Positions 1 to 10,524 of a stretch of 64,000 bases of DNA are shown piece by piece (position 1 is the first letter of the stretch; each line of letters starts with the position of its first letter). The notes under the pieces are model-generated. The model was not told the origin of the DNA, searched no databases, and saw nothing but the letters and a program-made list of their open reading frames with translations. The position numbers were made by a program, and so were the translations under genes. Source of the DNA: an uncultured Rivularia sp. (lineage in GTDB: Bacteria > Cyanobacteriota > Cyanobacteriia > Cyanobacteriales > Nostocaceae); the NCBI GenBank assembly GCA_963665115.1, contig OY762007.1:6496001-6560000 (forward strand), written 5' to 3'.

Positions 1-150
1 GGCACAGCTAGAGCAAGAACCCGCACGACAAGAAACTGGAAGATCAATATCTTGTTCTTCGGCTGCATCAAATATATATTGATCGTCTTCAACTTCAATT
101 GTTTTATTAAGTCCGTCATCGTTGACTAATGTTACTTTATATGTTCCCAT
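1..150 (-). CDS. petF: Plant-type 2Fe-2S ferredoxin, 5' part only (runs off the window start)
   Basis: Hand translation of the minus strand from ATG at 150: [50 protein letters not shown], with the CRAGxCSSC cluster motif. GAGGGG RBS upstream. Which paralogue is uncertain. Confidence 0.9.
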   Translation of the reverse strand, partial: MGTYKVTLVNDDGLNKTIEVEDDQYIFDAAEEQDIDLPVSCRAGSCSSCA

Positions 151-522
151 TTTCCCCTCTTTAAAAAAACTTTAATTTGCTGTCTTATCGTAAAAATTTT
201 TGCATACCTAATGTTTGAATTCGTTAATAAATTTTGTAAAAGTTAATAAAAATCAATATTTAATTTATAATATAAATAATGATAGTGGAATATTTGGTTT
301 AATATCTTCAGAAATAAGATTTTTGCTGAAGTGGAAGAAGTTGAATAAATAATCTAAAATTTTTGCTCGTAGTTTTGCAGGAGCATATTGTTGATCTCTG
401 TATGTTTTAACTTTGTCAAATATCCATTTATATATATAATTTTTAGATTAAATCTTTTAATAAAAATATGTTTCTTGTTACAATTAATTGTAACCAAATC
501 AAAAGCAAATCTTAACTAATAA

Positions 523-1716
523 ATGAAAGGAAACCAATTATCTTTTTTCCCAGAAAAAGAAGAAAAGGTTGCTACTATCAAGCAAAAAAAACCTAAGTTG
601 GGACGTTACGAACGTATTAAGCGCGAATTAGAAGAAAACGAAACTGACCCAAATAAAATATTTATTAAAATCAGTTCGGAACCAATACCAACATCTGATT
701 ACACATTTTTAGATTTGTTTTGCGGTGCGGGAGGGATGACTCAAGGATTAGTTCAAGCAGGATTTAAACCATTAGCGAGTGTTGAAATTAGCCCAATTGC
801 TTCGGCAACTCATAAGAAAAACTTCCCGCAATGCCATCATTTTTGTGGAGATATTGAAAATTTTGATTCTGTAAAATGGCTCGAAGAAATCGGTTCCCCC
901 GAAATACATTTAGTTGCAGGTGGTCCGCCATGTCAAGGTTTTTCAGTAGCAGGAAAACGCGACCCAAATGACCCGCGCAATCGTCTATTTTATGAATTTA
1001 TTCGTGTTGTTTCAAAGATACGTCCTTGGTATGTTGTTATGGAAAATGTACCGGGGATTTTGACAATTCAAAAGGGAGATGTGAGGGCGGCAATTACCGA
1101 GGCATTTAAATCGATTGGTTACGATAATGTTTCCGTGGCAATCCTCGAATCTGCTGCTTATGGAGTTCCGCAAATTCGTCCCAGAGCTATATTTATTGCG
1201 AATAGATTTGGAATGCCCAATCCTTATCCAAAGGCTCAATTATTAACTGAAGAATACAAAAATATTGAATCGGCGATTTCCGATTTACCGGAATATACCC
1301 GCATACCGGAAATTAATCATGAATGGACTAAACATTCAGCCGAATATATGGAACGTATTGCTAAAGTTCCTCCTGGAGGTTCTTTATATAAAAAATATGC
1401 CGATGCTTTTAAGCGTCAATATCCAGGTTTACCAAGTATGACTGTTAAGGAAAATCACGGCGGTACTCATATTCATCCTTATCTAAATCGCGTTATTTCT
1501 GCTCGCGAAATGGCAAGATTACAGACATTCCCAGATTCATTTATTTTTGAAGGCACTATGAAAAAAGCTATGTGGCAAATTGGAAATGCCGTACCTCCGC
1601 GATTGGCAGAATGTATTGGTTATGCGTTGATTCCTTACTTAACTGATATTGCTCTAAAAACGGAAAATACAGTTTCTGTTAATCATCCCCAGCAGATTCA
1701 GCTAACTTTTGATTAA
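523..1716 (+). CDS. nspIM: DNA (cytosine-5)-methyltransferase, M.NspI/M.NspHI-like (predicted RCATGY)
   Basis: C5-MTase motifs DLFCGAGG, GGPPCQGFS, ENVPG, QxRxR, REMARLQTFPD, QIGNAVPP. The 397-aa sequence resembles Nostoc M.NspI as recalled; specificity is inferred. Confidence 0.9.
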   Translation: MKGNQLSFFPEKEEKVATIKQKKPKLGRYERIKRELEENETDPNKIFIKISSEPIPTSDYTFLDLFCGAGGMTQGLVQAGFKPLASVEISPIASATHKKNFPQCHHFCGDIENFDSVKWLEEIGSPEIHLVAGGPPCQGFSVAGKRDPNDPRNRLFYEFIRVVSKIRPWYVVMENVPGILTIQKGDVRAAITEAFKSIGYDNVSVAILESAAYGVPQIRPRAIFIANRFGMPNPYPKAQLLTEEYKNIESAISDLPEYTRIPEINHEWTKHSAEYMERIAKVPPGGSLYKKYADAFKRQYPGLPSMTVKENHGGTHIHPYLNRVISAREMARLQTFPDSFIFEGTMKKAMWQIGNAVPPRLAECIGYALIPYLTDIALKTENTVSVNHPQQIQLTFD

Positions 1717-2410
1717 GGGCTTCACGCCAAGTTCCAAAATCGTACCAACCACATCCAATACAGCCTTCCTCAGCCTCAGCACCTCGTTGAACTGGGGAAC
1801 TCCAATTTTCATCACCTTTATACCAAAATCTAATACTAAAAGGCGTACCTCTTTTTCCCGTTTTAATACAGCGTTCGCAACTTCTTGATTTTAAAAGGTT
1901 GTGATTGCCAGAAGTATCTTTTTTGAGTAATTGAAACTTTTGTCTAATTTCATCCTCGCTTATAGATTTAGGGTGGGGTGATTCGTTTTGTCCCCTACGT
2001 TCCATAGGAAAACGATGGTCAATAACTAATTCATGAGATGCCCTTTCTCTTTGTTATATTACATCTATATATGAATAAAATTTAAGGATTTTTTGGCATA
2101 AATGATTAGGTATATTAGCAGCAGAGTTTGCTGATTGTATTTCTCCAGTCCACTTATCCCAAGTAGTTTTTTGTTTGCATTTAATACAATATTCTTTTTT
2201 TGTTTCAATTACCAAACCAGGACGATTCTTTGTACCACGTTTTAATCCTTTTATTCCACCCCCACCAGCATATTGAGCGGATGCAATCTCTTTTCCTTCA
2301 TGTTCCCGACAATGCCATTTACTATCTGATAATAGATTAAAGACTTTTAATTGTACTGGAGCTTTTTGGAGTTGCTCTCGAATCTGTATTATTAATTCTT
2401 GGCTACTCAT
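1679..2410 (-). pseudogene. Type II restriction endonuclease, NspI-like, interrupted by an in-frame TAA at 2054-2056
   Basis: ORFs 2054..2410 and 1679..2005 are in the same frame. Read-through gives YSYIDVI*QRERASHELVIDHRFPMER..., 243 codons in total, with DH...NHN and CxxC motifs. Convergent with and overlapping the MTase. Confidence 0.8.
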
Positions 2411-2657
2411 TCTCTAAATCATCGGCTTTTATTTCCAAATTCTCAAGAAGAACCGAAACACTAATACCTAAACCATTAGCAAGACTTATAAGAGCAGTGA
2501 GAGAAGGATTTCTAACTCCGCGCTCCACACCCGATATGTAGGTGCGGTCTAAATTTGCCCTTAATCCAAGTTCTTCTTGAGAAATTCCTAATTGCATTCT
2601 TTGTTGTCTTACAAGATGACCAAAAGCACAGAGAATCTTTATTTTCGATTCATTCAT
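2403..2657 (-). CDS. R-M controller (C) protein, XRE helix-turn-helix
   Basis: SQEELGLRANLDRTYISGVERGVRNPSL is the C-protein HTH signature. Overlaps the endonuclease start. Confidence 0.9.
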   Translation of the reverse strand: MNESKIKILCAFGHLVRQQRMQLGISQEELGLRANLDRTYISGVERGVRNPSLTALISLANGLGISVSVLLENLEIKADDLENE

Positions 2658-2674
2658 GTAGCGATTTTCACCTC

Positions 2675-2709
2675 TTGCGGACTATCAGTCTACGGACTAT
2701 GTGTCACAT
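2675..2709 (-). promoter_or_regulatory. C-box double operator for the controller protein
   Basis: Minus strand ATGTGACACATAGTCCGTAGACTGATAGTCCGCAA: two GAC-N5-GTC boxes around a central CGT, ending 17 bp before the C gene ATG. Same layout as C.Esp1396I/C.AhdI-type operators. Confidence 0.85.
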
Positions 2710-2772
2710 TAAAGAGGATTTTCTTTTACATTTGAAAAATGCGAAAATAACCTGATATTCAAGTATAAACAA

Positions 2773-3516
2773 ATGAAATTCCTCGGTATCGATTTGGGTT
2801 GGAAATCGCAACCAAGCGGCTTATGTTATTTAGAATTAATCGACGGTAAGCTGCAATTACAAGATTTAGGTAGACTCGATGCGATTGCAGATATCCTCGC
2901 TTGGGTTGATAATTGCGTTAAACCAGACGAAAGCGCCATTATTGCCGTAGATGCACCAACTCTTATCCCAAATACTACCGGAAGCCGCTTACCCGACAAG
3001 CTAACTCACAAACACTTTGGTAAATATCACGCTGGATGTTACCCGGCGAATCTCGGTTTACCTTTTGCTCAACGTACGGTAAATTTTGGTTTAGAATTGG
3101 AATCTCGCGGTTATCTTCACGCACCAACTATGGAAGCGCAAAAGCCTGGTAGATATCAAATTGAAGTTTTTCCGCATCCTGCAATAGTTCAGCTTTTTGG
3201 CTTACAAAAAATTCTTAAATATAAGAAGGGAAGAATAGGCGATCGCCATCTTGAATTAACTAAGCTTTTTAATTACATTATTGATATTTTACCGACTCTG
3301 GAACCAAATTTGAAATTGGATAAGAGTTCGGATTTTTTGAATTTTAAATTCTTAAATTCAACCTGTACGGGTAAAATTCTTAAAGCAACAGAAGATAAGC
3401 TTGATAGTCTTATCTGTGCTTATGTAGCAGCTTATTGGTGGTATTGGGGAGAACAGCGGAATTTAGTATTAGGAGATGTCAGTACTGGTTATATTGTGAT
3501 TCCGGCGCAGAGTTGA
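2773..3516 (+). CDS. DUF429 family protein (predicted RNase H-fold nuclease)
   Basis: FLGIDLGW, IAVDAP, IEVFPHPA and DxLDSLICA motifs. Confidence 0.8.
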   Translation: MKFLGIDLGWKSQPSGLCYLELIDGKLQLQDLGRLDAIADILAWVDNCVKPDESAIIAVDAPTLIPNTTGSRLPDKLTHKHFGKYHAGCYPANLGLPFAQRTVNFGLELESRGYLHAPTMEAQKPGRYQIEVFPHPAIVQLFGLQKILKYKKGRIGDRHLELTKLFNYIIDILPTLEPNLKLDKSSDFLNFKFLNSTCTGKILKATEDKLDSLICAYVAAYWWYWGEQRNLVLGDVSTGYIVIPAQS

Positions 3517-3969
3517 AGAGAGGGGGTATAGGGAGAAATAAATTCGAGCAAAAACCTAAATAAGAGTCGCAATTACTCTTGTATAAAGATTGGATTGTTT
3601 TTAGCATTACTTAGACTTTTACTTGAAAAAATCAGCATCCTAATTCTTTTTTTCTATTTTATATTTATTATTCAACTTCTTAGGATGGGAATTTATATAT
3701 ATAGATTTTAATTCTTTTAACTTATTATATTTTTGAAATTTGCTTTTGTTTGGAACATAATTTTTAGACAGTGAATATAGAAATCTATAATAAATAATAT
3801 CTTTAGCAATCATAGATAAACGCTCCAAATAATTGATTATTTATAGATTAACTAATTACTCTTATAAAATCACGTGAAAAAAGTCATCTGAATATATTAC
3901 AAAAGTCATGTTATTTGGGAGCATCCCAATTTTTGAAAAATATCTCGTAGTGCGAGCAAGAGAAAAACT

Positions 3970-4003
3970 CAAAGCCGTTCCTAATTGCTAAGAACGGCTT
4001 TGA
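3970..4003. terminator. Stem-loop downstream of the kinase gene
   Basis: Inverted repeat tcaaagccgttc ... gaacggctttga. Confidence 0.45.
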
Positions 4004-4100
4004 AGCAAATTTAGTCGGCTAATAACTGAAAGTTTTACCCAAAATGGATTAAAATGGGGAAATGTGGGCAGATATTCGCCAACTGTTTCTAACAGTAACT

Positions 4101-5576
4101 TTATGGATGTATGCTACCGTCTGGCATAATTGCACCTGTCAGTTTGGCATGACTAAGATTGATACCGTCGAGGTTAGTATATTGCAAGTTCGCACCTCTT
4201 AAATCGGCACCATACAGCCCGGTAAAATCAAATTTTGCACCCCGTAAATCTGCTCCACGCAAATTCGCGTTATTTAAATTAGCGTGTACTAGATTCGCGT
4301 TTGATAAATTTGCATCTGTTAACACTGCACCTCTGAGTCTTGCTCCAAGAAGGCTTACACCGCTTAAATTACTGCCTTGTAAATTCGCATTCACCAAATT
4401 AATATGATCTAAATTGGCATTTTTAATGCTGACATCTTTTAGCTGAGCATCATCTAAGTTTGCTTTTTGCAAATCACAGTTGTCACATTCTTTGGTTTTC
4501 TGCAATCTATCTATTAAAGTTGCTTGCTGGCGTTCAAGAAGTTCTTCTTGTAACCTATTTATTCGATATGCTTTGTCTTCGAGTTGTTCTTGTCTATGGC
4601 GAAGACGGTAAATTTGTGCTTGTTGCCTGTCAATCCTATGTTGCTGAGAAATAGAAGATTTTTGAACACCTTGAGTTCCCACAATAGCTATCCAAAGAAG
4701 TGCCGGAAGTGCAAGAGTTTGAGCAAATGCGTTACCTTCATTTGATTTTGGTTTTAAAATAGCGGGGATTGATTTTAATGTTTCTAATGCTTCGGTTGCA
4801 TTTGTAAACCGATGTTTGAGATTTGGCTCAACCATCTTACTCAACCACTCTACAAATTTTGGGTTGATATTTGATGGCAAAGACTTAAAATCAAAACGAT
4901 ATTCATCATCAATTAATTTACCAACATTAACCGAACGGGTACCGCTGAGCAAACAAATTAATGTCACACCCAAACTATATAAATCGGATGCTTCGGTTAA
5001 ATCGCGACCAAAGTATTCTTCTGGAGGTATAAAACCAGGAGTTCCGGAAGCAACACTACTAAGTGCAACTTCATTATTACTTACTCTAGCAAACCCAAAA
5101 TCAACTAAATAAGCGTTAAGATTTTTATCAACTAATATATTTTCAGGTTTAATATCCCGATGAATAATTTGCGGGTTGCGCTGTTGCAAATAAACTAATA
5201 TCTCTAAAATCGATATGGCAATTTGCTTAACTTGTTGGGGAGTAAACTTGTTTTCAACAGCCAATGATGGCGCGTCTTTGTATTCCTGTACCAAACAAAA
5301 CCCTTGAGGTGTTTCAAATGTTGTTAAGTAGCTCGGAATACGCGGATGTTCTAACTGCTTAAGTACCTCTATCTCGCGTTCGTAAGCTTTAAAACCCGAC
5401 CAATCAGTACCTACATCTGCAAAACGAAATTCTTTGATTACTACTTGATTTTTGCAGTTTTCCGCTTCAGCAAGATGCGTGATGCGTCCCCCGAAGTGAT
5501 TTTTTCCTAACTCCTTATTAATTTGATAGCCGAGATGTGAAAAATCTGTTTTTTGGATTACCATCGTTATCTCCAC
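4101..5576 (-). CDS. Ser/Thr protein kinase with a probable TM segment and C-terminal pentapeptide repeats
   Basis: VVIK, HRDIKPENIL, DFG and GTPGFIPPE motifs; hydrophobic LALPALLWIAIV; A(N/D)Lxx repeats. Confidence 0.92.
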   Translation of the reverse strand: MEITMVIQKTDFSHLGYQINKELGKNHFGGRITHLAEAENCKNQVVIKEFRFADVGTDWSGFKAYEREIEVLKQLEHPRIPSYLTTFETPQGFCLVQEYKDAPSLAVENKFTPQQVKQIAISILEILVYLQQRNPQIIHRDIKPENILVDKNLNAYLVDFGFARVSNNEVALSSVASGTPGFIPPEEYFGRDLTEASDLYSLGVTLICLLSGTRSVNVGKLIDDEYRFDFKSLPSNINPKFVEWLSKMVEPNLKHRFTNATEALETLKSIPAILKPKSNEGNAFAQTLALPALLWIAIVGTQGVQKSSISQQHRIDRQQAQIYRLRHRQEQLEDKAYRINRLQEELLERQQATLIDRLQKTKECDNCDLQKANLDDAQLKDVSIKNANLDHINLVNANLQGSNLSGVSLLGARLRGAVLTDANLSNANLVHANLNNANLRGADLRGAKFDFTGLYGADLRGANLQYTNLDGINLSHAKLTGAIMPDGSIHP

Positions 5577-5743
5577 GCGCCATTATTGCAACTCGATTCG
5601 TCATAATACGCAGGTATTAAAGACTATTTTCACACAAAAAAAATCAAGTGGCGAATGTTTCTGATGATTTTTCGTAAATTAATTAAAAAGACAGACAAGA
5701 GTTAAGATTGATTAAGTAAAATAAATTTTCGCGCATATTGTAT

Positions 5744-6728
5744 TCAGCGCGACAAATTTGGTTGAGCAACTGTAGGAAAACTATCATAATTTCGCCGCAC
5801 CCAATTCATACCGACTTCATTATTTAATTTGATACGTTGAGAAACATTCGGGTAAATTTTTCCTAGAATATCGGCATCTTGCTCGATAACTACTTCGACG
5901 AGTTTTAGTAAATTACTTTTGATTAAGTGAGCAATTGGTGAATATGCTTTTACAAACATCAGAATAAAAACGCGGGATTGATTTGATGATTCTGGGATAT
6001 AAAAATGACATTCTTTGATGCTTAAAATTGGACTTTCGCCGTGCATTACTGCCATACAGGGAAAAAAGTTTTCTAAGTGTGCTTCTAAGACTTTTGGCAT
6101 TGCTAACAGCGCGGGATTGTTGAAAATATCGTGGAATGTCGGTTTTTTACGAGGTTGGGCAATATAAGCATGGGAATGAAACCCATCATCGATAAACTGC
6201 TTTAACTGCACTTCTTCGATTTCAAATAACTTGCGATGAGTACCATTTTGATGATTGTAATCGTGCATATTTAATAGAAGCGAGAGAAAATCAGTTTTAA
6301 TAGAGCGATCGCCACTAAAACCAATAAATTCATATTCTGCTGCAATCTCATTCATAATCGTCGGAATCGGAATTTTGGCTTCACAACCGCCGTAACTCCA
6401 AAAAAAATCTTCTTGAATTATTAATTCCAATGGTTGTAATAGCGATTTAGTTGGCTTATCAGTACCGGGTAATATCGTACAGCCAGCCCCGTCAAATTCT
6501 AATGCATGAAACGGACAAACTATCGCACTGCTATTATCGGGTTTGGTTACGCACCATCCTTCTGATAGCATCGCACCCATATGAGGGACAGGCATTCGGT
6601 AAGCAACTTATTTTACCCGTGCCATCTTGCCAAAGTACGTAGTCATTGCCGTAGAGAGAAACTTTCATCGGTTTATTAGGCTTCAACATCGAACGATGTG
6701 CTAACAGCCACGGTGCCCCTTTTAGCAT
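5744..6728 (-). CDS. Rieske 2Fe-2S non-heme oxygenase (split by +1 base at 6585-6587)
   Basis: Joining the two ORFs restores CPHMGA...CPFH; DxxH-like catalytic segment DYNHQNGTH. Confidence 0.8.
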
Positions 6729-6799
6729 AGTTGTATTAGTTTTTAACTAACAGATTTATCAAATCAGTTTAGTATCTGTTAACTAAAACTGTCTCACGG

Positions 6800-6829
6800 A
6801 ATCTTCCGAAAAATAGCGAAATCTTCCGA
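6800..6829 (-). promoter_or_regulatory. Direct-repeat candidate operator upstream of the Rieske gene
   Basis: aatcttccga at 6800-6809 and 6820-6829 (20-bp period), between the AraC gene and the Rieske start. Confidence 0.45.
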
Positions 6830-6953
6830 TTAATTAGTAATTTGGCTAAATTAAAAAGATAAGCTGCCGCGTATTTAATTTGTATTACCCTAGCGGGCAA
6901 GATGCCCGCACTACAAGCTTTTCATAAATTTATATATACAAATTAAAAGATTT

Positions 6954-7859
6954 TTAGCTTAACTGCTCACTGCTCCTAAATTCTCTCGGATTCACGCCAA
7001 CATATTTACGAAAAACCTTTGCAAAATGGCTTTGACTTTTAAATCCTACTAAATCAGAAACTTGTGTAACTGATAATTCGCGAGAAGATAAAAGATATTT
7101 GGCTTTTTCAACTCGACATTTAGTTATATATTGATGAGGTGCAATTCCCATCGATTGCTTAAATAAAGTAGCAAAATAATGGGGACTCATTTGTACAATT
7201 TGACTCATTTTAGTAAGAGACAAATTTTGGTTTAAATTATCGTTAACATAATCTATAATTTCTTTTAATTTATACTTTGGTAATCCACCGTTATATTCTT
7301 TAATATTAAATTTTCGCGTCGAATAACGTTTTAATAAATGTACCGCTAACATATTAGCTGCTGATTCAACATAAAGACGACTATCAACTACACTAATTTC
7401 TAATTCTGTTTTGATTGCCAATGCAATTTGTTTAATTAAAGGGTCAAAAGTTTTGATTTGCTGTATTATTTCAATGTTATCAACATTAATAGATTCATGT
7501 ACAGCATTAATTAAAAAAATTGGTTCAAAATTTAATAGAATAAACCCTAACTCTTGCTCAAATTCTGCTGCTGGCGAAGTTTGATAAGCCGGAAATATTG
7601 CGATATCGCCTTCCCCGTAATATTTACGTTGCCAGTTTCTATTAATTCTAAAACTTGCATGGAAGCTTTCAGGAGAAATACCAATAATATGCCGATCGGA
7701 TAAGATTTCGGGGACTTGATAATTTAATTGTCGATGATAGTTGAAAGAAAAACCATTAAAGAGAGATATCGGAGTATAAATAATTAATGGTTGAGGTAAT
7801 ATTTGCTTTAGTTTATCCGGTTGAGAAGCATTTATTTTTAATGGTTGTTCTGTTTTCAT
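6954..7859 (-). CDS. AraC family transcriptional regulator
   Basis: C-terminal double HTH (MSPHYFATLFKQSMG; VGFKSQSHFAKVFRKYVGVNP). Confidence 0.92.
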   Translation of the reverse strand: MKTEQPLKINASQPDKLKQILPQPLIIYTPISLFNGFSFNYHRQLNYQVPEILSDRHIIGISPESFHASFRINRNWQRKYYGEGDIAIFPAYQTSPAAEFEQELGFILLNFEPIFLINAVHESINVDNIEIIQQIKTFDPLIKQIALAIKTELEISVVDSRLYVESAANMLAVHLLKRYSTRKFNIKEYNGGLPKYKLKEIIDYVNDNLNQNLSLTKMSQIVQMSPHYFATLFKQSMGIAPHQYITKCRVEKAKYLLSSRELSVTQVSDLVGFKSQSHFAKVFRKYVGVNPREFRSSEQLS

Positions 7860-7930
7860 TATTTATTATCTATATTATTGTTTTTATAAAAGTATAAAAT
7901 ATATTTGTTTAATAAATGGCTGAAAATACA

Positions 7931-8520
7931 ATGAACACAAACGCAATCTACCAACGGCGGCGAGTTTGGCAACCTCAACATATTCAAAATATTGAAATTG
8001 CCTATCGCGATTCTTCTTCTTTTAACCTCTTTCCTCTGCGTACTCTGCGTCTCTGCGGTTTTTAAATCGGTAATCTTCTGCCGGGAAGGGAGTAAACCAA
8101 CAATCTTTATTATTTAAAATTTTAGGGAAGATTTTATTAAGACATACACAAAATAGTCCGACGTTAAAAAATATAGGAAATGAGCATCAACCGATTCAGC
8201 AGATTAGAGATTATTTGAATGATAACTATGCCGAAAATATTTCGCTTGAAGAATTAGCACGTATCGCCAAATTTAGCCCTTTTTATCTTAATCGCGCATT
8301 TCGCAAACAAATTGGAATTCCACCTCACGCATACCAAACCCAAATTAGAATTCAGAAAGCAAAAGCTTTATTAAAAAGTAATTTATCAATTTCTCAAGTC
8401 GCTGTTAAAACAGGTTTTTCCAGTCAAAGTCATTTTGGCTGGCATTTTAAACGAGTTATGGGAGTTACACCGAAGCAGTATGTTAAAGAGAGCAATATCT
8501 TGATAGACGGGAAAGATTAA
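7931..8520 (+). pseudogene. AraC regulator remnant; sensing domain replaced by a short dispersed repeat
   Basis: A frame from ATG 7931 runs into a ctctgcgtactctgcg repeat and stops at 8065. An AraC-like frame resumes near 8098 (QQSLLFKILGKILLRH...IRDYLNDNYAENISLEELA) with an intact HTH. Confidence 0.7.
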
Positions 8521-8564
8521 TTTAATTTAATGTGAGAAATTGTAGCCGAAGTCTTGCATAAAAT

Positions 8565-9302
8565 ATGACGGATAAACTAACAGGAAAGGTTGCAATTATT
8601 ACTGGTTCATCTCGCGGTATTGGACGAGCTATTGCTCTGAGATTAGGGCAAGATGGTGCTAATGTTGTTGTGACTTATTACAACAGTCAGGATAAAGCCC
8701 AAGAAGTTGTTGAAAAAATCAAGTCTCAGGGTTCTGAAGCTATAGCGCTGCAAGTAGACGTTAAAGAAATTGCCAGCGTGGGTAATTTATTCAAACAAAC
8801 CCTCGAACATTTCGGTAAACTCGATATTTTAGTTAATAATGCTGCTGGTAAAAATATATTTAAGCCTACAGCGCAAATGACTGAAGAAGAATATAACAGT
8901 ATGTTTGATATTACGCAAGGTGTATATTTTGCTCTGCAAGAAGCCGCGAAACACCTAGCTGATAACGGGCGTATTGTCAGCATTTCTACCAGCGGTACGG
9001 TGATGGCAATTCCTGGCGGGGGAGCTTATTCGGGATGTAAATCTGCAATCGAACAGTTTAGTGCTTGTTTGGCGAAAGAATTAGGCGAACGAGGTATTAC
9101 TGTAAACACGGTTTCTCCAGGAGTTACGGATACTGATGGTTTGGTTTTAGATCGAGAACAGGTAAATCAATTGATTGCTCAAACACCGCTAAATCGTTTG
9201 GGTAAACCTGAAGATGTAGCGAATGCTGTTGCCATGTTGGTATCTGATGATGCTCATTGGATTACTGGGCAAAGTATTCGAGCTAATGGTGGAATTGTTT
9301 AA
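8565..9302 (+). CDS. Short-chain dehydrogenase/reductase
   Basis: TGSSRGIG, NNAAG, YSGCK catalytic motif, VSPG. Confidence 0.92.
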   Translation: MTDKLTGKVAIITGSSRGIGRAIALRLGQDGANVVVTYYNSQDKAQEVVEKIKSQGSEAIALQVDVKEIASVGNLFKQTLEHFGKLDILVNNAAGKNIFKPTAQMTEEEYNSMFDITQGVYFALQEAAKHLADNGRIVSISTSGTVMAIPGGGAYSGCKSAIEQFSACLAKELGERGITVNTVSPGVTDTDGLVLDREQVNQLIAQTPLNRLGKPEDVANAVAMLVSDDAHWITGQSIRANGGIV

Positions 9303-9331
9303 CACTCACTTTTTTGAAAGGCTAAGATATT

Positions 9332-10046
9332 ATGACGACTCTCAACGGAAAAATAGCTTTTATCGCTGGTGGTGCTGGTAATGTTGGGGAAGGAATTGTC
9401 CGCTCTTTCCTTAAAGCAGGTGCAACGGTAATTACGACTTCTCGCAAGCAAGAAAAACTTGAAGAATTACGCGGTTATTTAGGAGATTTAGCAAACGATA
9501 ATTTTGTCCCCATAGTCGGTGATTTGGGAGACTTAGAAAGTGCTGAAAAACTCCGCAATCAAATCCTCGAAAAATTCAATCGTCTTGATACTGTTGTTGC
9601 TTCCATTGGTGGAACTTGGAGTGGGGTTTCCCATGACTCAAGTCTCAATGGAAGATTGGCAGAAGTTTATTTTCACAAACTTAACTACTCACTTCGTTTG
9701 CGCTCGTACTTTTCTACCCGTGCTGACTGAAAATAAAGGTAGTAGCTATACTTTTCTAGGCGGCTCTGCTGCTGAAAATGCCATTCCAAATTATAGTTTA
9801 GTTGCAATACCCGCAGCCGGACAATTGATGATGGCAAAGGTATTAATGGAAGAAATGAAAGATAGTGGTGTTCGGATTAATGAAGTAATGGTTAACAGTT
9901 TGGTAAATACTCGCGCTACTGAAGATAATGCAAAACCCGAATGGATAACAGCCGATGAAATAGGCGATTATGTAGCTTGTTTAGCTTCAGATGAAGCACA
10001 TATGGTTAACTCAAGCGTACCTTATTTACAAGAACAAAATCGTTAA
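9332..10046 (+). CDS. Short-chain dehydrogenase/reductase, atypical (split by +1 base at 9623-9632)
   Basis: AGGAGNVG Rossmann motif. Removing one base in ggggtttccc fuses the two ORFs (WSGVPMTQVS). Confidence 0.75.
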
Positions 10047-10082
10047 TTTTTTCTTTCACCTATAACCTATAACCTTTATTTT

Positions 10083-10385
10083 ATGGTCACATTTATCAAC
10101 ATATTTACCGTCAAACCTGAAAAGCAACAGCAGGCTTTACAGAATATTCAGCGAGTATATCAAGAAGTTGTTCGCAATCAACCCGGTTTTATTAGTGCAG
10201 AATTATTGCAAAGTAATGATGGAAATCGGGTAACGGCGATTGCCCGATGGGAAAGTGAGGAAAATGTAGCCACATTGCGCGATAATCAAAAATTTAAAGA
10301 CTTACATAATCAGGATTTTTTTGGCGCAATAGAATCAGTTGAACCTCGTTTTTATCAAAAAATGGTAGAAGTTAATCAAGAATAA
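10083..10385 (+). CDS. Antibiotic biosynthesis monooxygenase (ABM) family protein
   Basis: INIFTVKPEKQ...QPGFISA...ARWES pattern, 100 aa. Confidence 0.85.
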   Translation: MVTFINIFTVKPEKQQQALQNIQRVYQEVVRNQPGFISAELLQSNDGNRVTAIARWESEENVATLRDNQKFKDLHNQDFFGAIESVEPRFYQKMVEVNQE

Positions 10386-10412
10386 AATTCATACTTTTAC
10401 CTAAGTTTGAAT

Positions 10413-10440
10413 AAAAAAACGGGCTGAACAGCCCGTATTA
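10413..10440. terminator. Hairpin between convergent genes, probably terminating the minus-strand transcript
   Basis: aaaaaaacgggctg-aa-cagcccgt; the A-run reads as a U-tail on the minus strand. Confidence 0.65.
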
Positions 10441-10524
10441 AAAATTCAATTACTCACTGACAATATTTTATCTCTTACTCTTCCTCAGCGTACTCTGCGG
10501 TTTATGACTATTTAATTCTCCCCA

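Noticed and set aside
3640..3828. Short Lys/Asn/Ile-rich ORFs (also 21511-21699, 28397-28603, 49510-49701)
   Set aside because: AT-rich or STRR-derived intergenic frames with no recognisable motif.
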